A stretch of 41,827 nucleotides of DNA from Candidatus Bathyarchaeota archaeon (GTDB lineage Archaea > Thermoproteota > Bathyarchaeia > 40CM-2-53-6 > CALIRQ01): contig JAPWUR010000002.1 in assembly GCA_028275385.1 (NCBI GenBank), positions 1 to 41,827 of the forward strand, given 5' to 3'. The notes under the pieces are model-generated. The model saw nothing but the letters and a program-made list of their open reading frames with translations. It made no database searches and was not told the origin of the DNA. Shown one piece after another: positions 17,443-24,018 of this stretch (positions are counted from its first letter, which is position 1; each line of letters starts with the position of its first letter). A program made the position numbers and the translations under genes.

Positions 17443-17517
17443 GCGGCCGTAGTCTAGCCTGGCCCAGGACGTTGGCCTTCCAAGCCAATGACCCGGGTTC
17501 GAATCCCGGCGGCCGCA
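17443..17517 (+). tRNA. tRNA-Gly (anticodon UCC), CCA not encoded
   Basis: Acceptor GCGGCCG/CGGCCGC, anticodon stem TTGGC/GCCAA with loop CTTCCAA, T arm CCGGG-TTCGAAT-CCCGG. A TATA-like box lies about 25-32 nt upstream. Confidence 0.9.
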
Positions 17518-17524
17518 CCTCTGA

Positions 17525-17587
17525 AGCCGCGCCCGAGATGGCTTAATGCGCGGCTCGGCCATCTCGACCAAGCCCTCCGGGCCGAGC
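17525..17587. other. cluster of interlocking GC-rich complementary segments just after tRNA-Gly(UCC)
   Basis: agccgcgc (17525-32) pairs with gcgcggct (17548-55). cgagatggc (17534-42) pairs with gccatctcg (17558-66). gctcggcc (17553-60) pairs with ggccgagc (17580-87). Confidence 0.6.
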
Positions 17588-17705
17588 TCCCCACACGGGC
17601 CCGGGACCCCCGGTGATCCCGCGCTTATTGGGCCGGCCCTTTGGATCGCCCCGGATCTCGACGTGGGAGAGATAGGGGCCCCCATTCCCCCGCGGCGAGC
17701 CCGGA

Positions 17706-17721
17706 CCTCGTTATAACGAGG
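17706..17721. repeat. perfect 16-bp palindrome cctcgttataacgagg
   Basis: Read directly: the sequence is its own reverse complement, with a TTATAA core. It lies in a 360-bp gene-free block. Confidence 0.85.
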
Positions 17722-17880
17722 CGATGAGCTCCTCGGGGATCCTCCCGATCAAGGAGGCCCCAGGCCCCCGTCCCAACCGATCCCGCGCCCCCCATCCCTC
17801 GCAGAGCATTCCCAAGGGGCTGCGATAGGCGATGGATCGCGCTGGGGGCGAGAACCCTGGGATGGGCTTGGAAGGGAGGA

Positions 17881-18117
17881 TCAGGGCGGCTCTATATCCT
17901 TGAACTTCGTGGTCCCGCGGAGTGTAAGCCCTATCGCGAACCTCCGGGGCTCCCCGCCGTTCGGGGAGCGATAGACCCCCTCGGCCTCCCATAGATCGCC
18001 CACGCGGCGGATCCTCCGGAATTCCACGCCGTATCCCTTCGGGCAAACCCTTTGGATCATCTTGATCGCCCTTTCCCTGACCTCTTGCTCCGTTATTCCG
18101 GGCCTCTCGAACCTCAA
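17881..18117 (-). CDS. hypothetical small protein (78 aa)
   Basis: Host-like codon use. Co-oriented with and downstream of the 257-aa membrane protein gene. No family recognised. Confidence 0.45.
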   Translation of the reverse strand: MRFERPGITEQEVRERAIKMIQRVCPKGYGVEFRRIRRVGDLWEAEGVYRSPNGGEPRRFAIGLTLRGTTKFKDIEPP

Positions 18118-18258
18118 AATCGCGCCATCCCCGCCGCCCCTCCGCGGGCCTCCCTTGTAAACCTTTCCGAGGGGGCCTCTCGATGCCCTCCATGGCCCCC
18201 TGTAAGCCCTGGAGATGCCCCGCCGGTGCGGCCCCCTCCCTATGGCCCATTCGACCCC

Positions 18259-19032
18259 CTAGTCCCCATGCAGCTTCGGAGGGGCTTCCGGAACCTTCTT
18301 CCCGCATTCGGTGCAGAACTTCGCGCCGATGGGCAGGATCGCCCCGCACTCGAGGCAGATCCTCTTCGAGGGCCTAGCCGGCCCCCTCCGCCATGCCATG
18401 ACCGCCGCTAGGGCGATGAGGGCCAAAGCGATCGCCAAAAGCGCATATGGCCAGGCATCCCCCCTCGGGCCCGCCTCCACCCGCTCCGTGATCGTGAGGA
18501 GGCTTGTGGCCGTCGCTGTGATCGTGGCCGTCACGGTGGTCGGCGGCTGGGGCGGGGGCTTGATCGAGCTTAATAGCCATAACTCCACGTTCGTGGGCAA
18601 CTCAGCCATGCCGTACTGGTAGATGTAGTATGGGCGGGCGGGCTTTTGCCAGAACATGACGACTATGGGCCCGGGCTTGGCATCCTCGGGCACCCTGACC
18701 GATAGGCCCCCATGGAACCTCTGCCCAGCATAAACGAACCTATTCTCGAGGAGGGTCTCCGATGCCACGATCCGCCCACCGGCGGGCGTATATACGATCG
18801 CATAGGCGTAGTAGCCCTCGACCCAGCCGCTCCCCTCCGCCCGAACCGTGAAGTCGATCCTTGCGATCTCCCCGACCGCGACCTCCTTCGGATCGCAATT
18901 TATCGACTCGACCTTGAGGACGAACCTGCCCATCGGGGGGACGATGGGGTTCGCTTGGGCCCATGGGCTTATGAAGCCTATGAGGCCCGCAAGCAGAATC
19001 AAAGCCAAAAGGGAGGGGGACCTCGATCCCAT
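18259..19032 (-). CDS. membrane protein: signal peptide, beta-rich ectodomain, Thr-rich linker, TM helix, C-terminal zinc ribbon
   Basis: N-terminal SLLALILLAGLIGFISPWAQA, linker PPTTVTATITATATS, TM helix YALLAIALALIALAAVMAW, C-terminal CLECG...CTECG. A TATA box lies about 30 nt upstream. Confidence 0.6.
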   Translation of the reverse strand: MGSRSPSLLALILLAGLIGFISPWAQANPIVPPMGRFVLKVESINCDPKEVAVGEIARIDFTVRAEGSGWVEGYYAYAIVYTPAGGRIVASETLLENRFVYAGQRFHGGLSVRVPEDAKPGPIVVMFWQKPARPYYIYQYGMAELPTNVELWLLSSIKPPPQPPTTVTATITATATSLLTITERVEAGPRGDAWPYALLAIALALIALAAVMAWRRGPARPSKRICLECGAILPIGAKFCTECGKKVPEAPPKLHGD

Positions 19033-19060
19033 TCCCGATGGTAAATGAGGGCCATTCAGG

Positions 19061-19070
19061 AATTATAAAC
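19061..19070 (-). promoter_or_regulatory. TATA-like box for the 257-aa membrane protein gene
   Basis: The minus strand reads gtttataatt, 29-38 nt upstream of the start at 19032. Confidence 0.45.
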
Positions 19071-19197
19071 CTTGCCCGAACGGGCATCAGGGCCCAGCGG
19101 ACCGATTGAAACCCATGAAGGGCCTAGGGCGGGGGCCATATGCCGCCACTTCAATTCCAAATCGTTATCGTTGAGCCCGCAGGGCCGAATCGAATTG

Positions 19198-19297
19198 TGG
19201 TGCGGCCGCCGGGATTCGAACCCGGGTCACTGGCGCTCCGCCCGGGATCTGGCCGGTTGGCAGGCCAGCGTCTTAGACCAGGCTGGACTACGGCCGC
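19198..19297 (-). tRNA. tRNA-Gly (anticodon GCC) with a 22-nt intron at the anticodon loop, CCA encoded
   Basis: The reverse complement has the same acceptor and T arm as tRNA-Gly(UCC). Anticodon stem CTGGC...GCCAG, loop CTGCCA, interrupted by a roughly 22-nt insert (about 19235-19257) that contains GGCCAG complementary to CTGGCC. Confidence 0.85.
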
Positions 19298-19323
19298 ATC
19301 GGGGATCTTAGCCCGCTCCGGGG

Positions 19324-19331
19324 ATTTAAAA
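19324..19331 (-). promoter_or_regulatory. TATA-like box for tRNA-Gly(GCC)
   Basis: The minus strand reads ttttaaat, 27-34 nt upstream of the tRNA 5' end at 19297. Confidence 0.5.
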
Positions 19332-19523
19332 TTTTGTTGGTGCCGAGGGTGTGACTTCCACCGGCCCCCAGCCGGCTTTGAACACACGACGCCCCGGTAT
19401 CGGATCCCGGGGATCTTCAGCCGGGTGCTCTCCATCGCCCCTTGGGTCAGGCTGAGCTCTCGAGGGCCATCGGCCTACCTCGGCTTCGCCCTCGGCGATC
19501 GATAAGTCCATGGATGGGGGAAT

Positions 19524-19528
19524 AAAAA
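19524..19528 (-). terminator. oligo-T tract after the hisC-mobB-114aa operon
   Basis: The plus strand reads aaaaa (T5 on the minus strand), about 25 nt downstream of the stop at 19553. Confidence 0.35.
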
Positions 19529-19552
19529 TTTTAGCCGCGCGAGCCCCGGGCC

Positions 19553-19897
19553 TTATAAGGCCTCGGATTTGTTGATCTCGATAGTTATGATATCGTTTAT
19601 GCTCGGCTTGCCCAGCCTCTCGTATTCCTCCTCGGTTATCACCATATCGACCTTCGCGTCCCATTGCCCGCCCGCCGGGATCGGCCCGCTGATCACGAGG
19701 CCCCCCGGGAACGCCGCCTCGAAGGCCTGCTGGATCCTGGCGGCTATCTCCTCGGCCACCCTTTGCTCCTCCGTCTTGCCGATGGGCTCTATCCTGGCCT
19801 TCAGGCCCCTCCTGACCAGGACCATCCTGACCATTCCGCCACCCAAGCCCATGACCTGGTGGACCCTCAACTCCATCAACAAGGCGGCGACACCCAA
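19553..19897 (-). CDS. hypothetical protein (114 aa; start may be Met8 at 19876)
   Basis: Begins 7 nt after the mobB-like stop, has host-like codon use, and is followed by an oligo-T. No family recognised. Confidence 0.5.
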   Translation of the reverse strand: MGVAALLMELRVHQVMGLGGGMVRMVLVRRGLKARIEPIGKTEEQRVAEEIAARIQQAFEAAFPGGLVISGPIPAGGQWDAKVDMVITEEEYERLGKPSINDIITIEINKSEAL

Positions 19898-19903
19898 TCG
19901 GGC

Positions 19904-20776
19904 TTACGGGGGGCCCCTATTAAACCCACCTACAGGCCCGCCCCGGGGCCCGATGACCTCTATCCTCACGGCCTCGTCACCCCTTATCGAGACGCCCTTG
20001 AGCTTGGAGATCATCCCGAGCACCGAGGCCCTTATGATCTCGGAGACGAACCTTTGGATCGGGACCTCGGAGCCATCGACCACGACCTCGGCCCTCAGGG
20101 AGGGCCTCGACCTCACGACCTCGCAATCCCCCACGGAGGCCCTCCCCTCCGCGATCGCCCGGGCCATCCGATCGCAGGACCCCCATTCGCACCTCCCGCA
20201 ATTCAGGCCCGGGAGCGCGGCCTTCGCGATCCAATCGGCCCTACGCTCGAGCACGAACCCCACCGCCCCCTCGATGAGGGCCCCGAGGTCGGCCCCGCCG
20301 GGCGCTTGGCCATATACGCCTATCACCTTGCCCCTGGCCCTCGCCGAATAATATTCGGCCTCCTCGGCCCCCCGGGCGCAGATTATCTTCCCAACCCCCT
20401 CGTCCCCGAGGACCGCCTCGGAGAACCCCTCCAATATCAGGGCGTCCGCGCCCAGGGCCGATGCCAGCCCCTCCAACGAGTCCAGGTCCAGGCCCCTGTT
20501 CACCATCAGGGCCGTCCTGCCAGGGGAGGCCGCTATGGATACCTCGGCCCCGGCCTCGGAGTGCCTCCAAGTATCAGTCCCAGCTCTATCGATCGAGAAG
20601 CCCTCCTCGTGGATGTGCTTGGCCGTTGCCGGCCTATAGCCGCGCCTCCTCAGCTCCCGGACCAGGGCCTCGACGAGCGACGTCTTCCCGGACTTCTTCC
20701 GGCCCACGACGGCTATCTTCGGCAGCCGGGCGCCCCCGGGGGCCCGGGACCCGAGGCCGTGCGCCACAGTCCCCAC
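19904..20776 (-). CDS. mobB: MobB-like P-loop protein fused to a putative Fe-S (NCGxC...C) domain and a C-terminal domain
   Basis: KIAVVGRKKSGKTSLVEALVRELRRRGY is a MobB P-loop. LPGLNCGRCEWGSCDRMARAIAEG resembles the small putative Fe-S cluster domain. The GTG start is 1 nt after the hisC stop. Confidence 0.7.
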   Translation of the reverse strand: MGTVAHGLGSRAPGGARLPKIAVVGRKKSGKTSLVEALVRELRRRGYRPATAKHIHEEGFSIDRAGTDTWRHSEAGAEVSIAASPGRTALMVNRGLDLDSLEGLASALGADALILEGFSEAVLGDEGVGKIICARGAEEAEYYSARARGKVIGVYGQAPGGADLGALIEGAVGFVLERRADWIAKAALPGLNCGRCEWGSCDRMARAIAEGRASVGDCEVVRSRPSLRAEVVVDGSEVPIQRFVSEIIRASVLGMISKLKGVSIRGDEAVRIEVIGPRGGPVGGFNRGPP

Positions 20777-20777
20777 C

Positions 20778-21899
20778 TCAAGCGCCGATCCTGCGCATCG
20801 CTGCCTCGAGCGCCCTTAGGAAGGCCTCGTTCTCCTCCCGCCTCCCGATCGTGACCCTCGCGTGCCGCGGGAGGCCCCAGGCCCCCATGTAGCGCACCAC
20901 CACGCCCGCCCTGAGGAGCTCGTCGCAAATCTCCCTGGCCCTCGGCCCCAATTCGATCAGGATGAAGTTGGCCGCGCTCGGGACGTATTTGACGCCCATC
21001 CCCTCCAAGCCCCGATAAAGCTGCCGCTTCCCGGCCTCGGTCATCTCCCTGACCCAGCGCAGGTATCCCTCGTCGTCAAGGGCCGCAAGGGCCGCGGCCT
21101 GGGCCAGCGAATTGACGTTGAAAGGCTCCCTGACCTTGTTCATCAGCTCTATGACCTCCGGGGAGGAGACCGCGTACCCGATCCTCAGGCCGGCCAACCC
21201 GTGGATCTTGGAGAAGGTCCTGGCGGTTATTACATTGCCCCTATCCTGGTACCTGAGGGAGTCCGGGTAATCCCCGCCCTCCTCATAGGCGTATTCGAAA
21301 TAGGCCTCATCGAAGAAGACGAGGCAATCCCCGGGGACGGAATCCAGGAACCTCTCCACCTCGCCCCTCGAGACGTAAGTCCCGGTCGGGTTGTTGGGGT
21401 TGGAGATGAATATCAATCGGGTCCTAGGGCCGATCAGCGAGGCCATCGCCTCCAGGTCGTACCTATAATCCCTCAGCGGGACCTCCCTCAGCGCCAGCCC
21501 CTCGGCCCTAGCCGCTATCCTATATATCAGGAAGGTCGGGGAGGCCGTGAGGACCTCGTCGCCCTCGTCGGCGAAGGCCCTGATGGCCATAACTATCAGC
21601 TCGTCCGATCCGTTCCCGAAGATCAGCCTATCCTCGCCGACCCCGAGCTTCTCAGACAGCCTTTTCCTCAGGTAATAGCAGCTGCCATCCGGATACCTAT
21701 TGACCCTCGGCAGGGCCTCCCTCAGGGCCTCGAGGGCCCTCGGCGATGGCCCGAAGGGGTTCTCGTTGGAGGCCAGCTTCACCACCTCCCCCAGCCCAAG
21801 CTCCCTTTGGACCTCCTCTATGGGCTTGCCGGGCTTGTAGACCTCCAGATCCCTCAACTCCGGCTTGATCCTCAGCCCCAATCCGATGCGCCCCTCCAA
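20778..21899 (-). CDS. hisC: histidinol-phosphate aminotransferase
   Basis: LASNENPFGPSP, and FSKIHGLAGLRIGY (PLP lysine). 373 aa, TTG start. An alternative TTG lies at 21881. Confidence 0.9.
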   Translation of the reverse strand: MEGRIGLGLRIKPELRDLEVYKPGKPIEEVQRELGLGEVVKLASNENPFGPSPRALEALREALPRVNRYPDGSCYYLRKRLSEKLGVGEDRLIFGNGSDELIVMAIRAFADEGDEVLTASPTFLIYRIAARAEGLALREVPLRDYRYDLEAMASLIGPRTRLIFISNPNNPTGTYVSRGEVERFLDSVPGDCLVFFDEAYFEYAYEEGGDYPDSLRYQDRGNVITARTFSKIHGLAGLRIGYAVSSPEVIELMNKVREPFNVNSLAQAAALAALDDEGYLRWVREMTEAGKRQLYRGLEGMGVKYVPSAANFILIELGPRAREICDELLRAGVVVRYMGAWGLPRHARVTIGRREENEAFLRALEAAMRRIGA

Positions 21900-22024
21900 A
21901 CGGGGCCAAGCGGGGATTAAAAAGCAATCCCCGGGGGCTCGGCGGCCCCCCGGCCCGCCTTGGAATCCCCCATTTTCGGGCCATCTGGAAATTTTAGCCG
22001 AAATTCCGCCCCCTTTCGCCCGGG

Positions 22025-22059
22025 ATTTGAAAAACTTGATTTATTTGAAAAAAATCAAG
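22025..22059 (-). terminator. tandem oligo-T tracts downstream of tRNA-Ala
   Basis: The plus-strand direct repeat atttgaaaaa (22025-22034 and 22043-22052) gives two T5 runs on the minus strand. The inverted repeat cttgattt/aaatcaag (22035-22042 / 22052-22059) overlaps them. Confidence 0.35.
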
Positions 22060-22170
22060 AATCAAGTGAGGGGCCCGCGAACCCCCCTCCCCCCTAGGGG
22101 GGGTCAACGGCGTTATAAAATGGGCTCGGATCGAGGGGGAGGGGAGCGATGCATCGGGCGAAAGAAGCTT

Positions 22171-22248
22171 TGGTGGACCGGCGGGGATTTGAACCCCGGA
22201 CCTTCCGCATGCCAAGCGGACGATCATACCAGGCTGATCTACCGGCCC
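22171..22248 (-). tRNA. tRNA-Ala (anticodon GGC), CCA encoded
   Basis: Acceptor GGGCCGG/CCGGTCC gives a G3:U70 pair (the Ala identity element). Anticodon stem TCCGC/GCGGA with loop TTGGCAT, T arm CGGGG-TTCAAAT-CCCCG. A TATA box lies about 27-35 nt upstream. Confidence 0.9.
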
Positions 22249-22274
22249 CCGGATAATTCGGGGCCCGGATCGCC

Positions 22275-22283
22275 CTTATAAAT
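22275..22283 (-). promoter_or_regulatory. TATA-like box for tRNA-Ala
   Basis: The minus strand reads atttataag, 27-35 nt upstream of the tRNA 5' end at 22248. Confidence 0.5.
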
Positions 22284-22356
22284 CCTCATCCGGCCGGCCC
22301 CGGCTATCCCAAAGCTTTATCACGGCAGGCGCCGATGGTCCGGGTGGCGCAAGGCT

Positions 22357-22584
22357 ATGAGGAAGGGCGAGCTGCTGATATTGACCCTGCTCCTCTTCGC
22401 CATGCTGATCCTCTCGGGCACCATACCGATCGGGCCGGCGGCCCCCAAGCCCCAGCAAACGACCGCGGCGGCCGAGGTCTCCGCGGCGACCGTGAGGCCC
22501 GTGACCGTCCTCGTCCCGATAAATTCGACCATCGTCTCCGAGATAAGGAGCGCCCCGGCGGCTCAAACGGCCGCGGGCGGATAG
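22357..22584 (+). CDS. small secreted or membrane-anchored protein (75 aa), possible
   Basis: MRKGELLILTLLLFAMLILSG is a signal- or anchor-like N-terminus, followed by an Ala/Thr/Pro-rich tail. Support is weak: short, with no homology recognised. Confidence 0.35.
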   Translation: MRKGELLILTLLLFAMLILSGTIPIGPAAPKPQQTTAAAEVSAATVRPVTVLVPINSTIVSEIRSAPAAQTAAGG

Positions 22585-22603
22585 GGCCGGCGGGCGCGGG
22601 GCC

Positions 22604-22924
22604 TCAAAGGCGGCCCAATAATTCGGCGAAGGCCCTAAGGGCCTCGCCCTCGGGGGCCCCGGAGTGGACCGATGCCAGCGCGAGCTTCCCGAATTTGGCC
22701 GCGAGCCTCTCCGCCAGGGCCCTGCTGGCCATGGGGTGGCGGCCCCCGATGAGGACCGAGGAGACCGAGGGGCCGGCGGAGGGGGGCATCGCGGCGGCCA
22801 AGGTCCCGAGCCTCGGGGGGCCCTCGCTGAATACCCCTATCACGGCGTTTTCCAGCTCCAATAGGCTCGCGGAGAAGAGCCGGCCGCCGATCTCGGCCTC
22901 GGCCCCCCTCAGCTCGGGCCGCAT
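22604..22924 (-). CDS. small conserved-looking protein, PAC4 (proteasome assembly chaperone 4)-like by eye
   Basis: Starts 5 nt after the clp1-like stop. LGTLAAAMP...VSSVLIGG...ALAERLAAKFGKLALASV resembles the PAC4 core pattern as I remember it. Confidence 0.5.
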   Translation of the reverse strand: MRPELRGAEAEIGGRLFSASLLELENAVIGVFSEGPPRLGTLAAAMPPSAGPSVSSVLIGGRHPMASRALAERLAAKFGKLALASVHSGAPEGEALRAFAELLGRL

Positions 22925-22929
22925 CGGGC

Positions 22930-24012
22930 CTAAAGCTCCTCCCCCTCCTCCGAGACCCTCATCCCGCCGGCCTCTATTATGGCGACGGGGCCCCCGTACC
23001 CGGTATAGGCCCTTATCACCCCCCTGGACCTATCCAGGCCCTTCATCAAGCCCAGGCCCAGGAGGAACCCATCCCCGTCCTCGAGGCCCAGCAGGGTGTT
23101 ATCGGCGACCTTCCCCTGGAACCCCCGGAGCTCGACGGAGGCCAGGCCGAACTCCCTGATGCGGCCCGGGGATAGGGCCCTCCGGAACCTCGCCCTCCTA
23201 TAGGCCCTCCTATCCTCCCTGGGCTTGAACCTCGCCATCTCGGGGGCCTCTATCCGGATCAGGGGGGCCGAGATCGCGCCCTCAAGCCCCCATAGCTCGC
23301 CTATCCCAACCACCAGGCCCGGGCGCAGCTCCTCGATCATCCTGGCCTTGTAGGGGACGCCATCGCCCTCCAGCCACCCGTCCGTGTTCACGATGGCCGC
23401 GGGGCCCCCGGAGAGCCTCTCGATCAAAACCCCGATCCCGCGGATTATCCTCTCCTCCACCCCATGCGGGCTCACCCGGCCGATGAATATCGAGAGCTCG
23501 GGGGAGAGCTCCGAGAGGGAGCTCATGGCCGATCCGGCTCTGGAGGCGCATATGGTCCCCGGCGGGCCGATCTCGCATTGGCCTACGTCGGCGTCTATCA
23601 CCAAGGCCCGGCCGGCCCTTTCGATGAAGCCGTTCGCCGCCATTATGGAGAATGCGTTCTTCCCGGAATCCGGGCCTCCGACGACCAGGATCGGGCCGCG
23701 ATCCATCCCCCAAACGGCCTCGAGGGCGTCCCTCCAGGAGCGCGGTATCGGGTCCCCCTGGACCCTCCTCAGGTCCCCGCCCTCGCCAAGCCTAACGGAT
23801 AGGACGGAATCCTCCCTGAAGGCCATGGGCAGGCTGTTCCCGGATCTCACCAGGATGGGCCTCCCCGGGCCCAGGATGGCCCCGAAGGCCTCGATGGACC
23901 CGGCCCTGAGGCGCGCTAGGGCCGGGCCGGAGAGTATAGCGAACTCCCCGGCCCCGAACTCGAAATCCCCCACCTTCCCCTTGGCGATCTCGCCGGCGCC
24001 CCCGGGATCCAA
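22930..24012 (-). CDS. clp1: Clp1/Grc3-family polynucleotide 5'-hydroxyl kinase
   Basis: P-loop ILVVGGPDSGKNAF followed by LVIDADVGQCEIGPPGTI, typical of archaeal Clp1. 360 aa. Confidence 0.8.
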   Translation of the reverse strand: MDPGGAGEIAKGKVGDFEFGAGEFAILSGPALARLRAGSIEAFGAILGPGRPILVRSGNSLPMAFREDSVLSVRLGEGGDLRRVQGDPIPRSWRDALEAVWGMDRGPILVVGGPDSGKNAFSIMAANGFIERAGRALVIDADVGQCEIGPPGTICASRAGSAMSSLSELSPELSIFIGRVSPHGVEERIIRGIGVLIERLSGGPAAIVNTDGWLEGDGVPYKARMIEELRPGLVVGIGELWGLEGAISAPLIRIEAPEMARFKPREDRRAYRRARFRRALSPGRIREFGLASVELRGFQGKVADNTLLGLEDGDGFLLGLGLMKGLDRSRGVIRAYTGYGGPVAIIEAGGMRVSEEGEEL

Positions 24013-24018
24013 GCACCC

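Noticed and set aside
17443-19297. Integrated virus or plasmid between the two tRNA-Gly genes.
   Set aside because: There is no integrase and no partial tRNA direct repeat (att) beyond the two complete genes, and the two ORFs use host-like codons. It is downgraded to a low-interest synteny question.
19326-19664. 112-aa minus-strand ORF, and its internal 61-aa ATG-initiated version, covering the 19338-19521 non-coding block.
   Set aside because: It is acidic, Pro-rich and low-complexity, and overlaps the 3' end of the 114-aa gene. The candidate promoter would fire downstream of its ATG.
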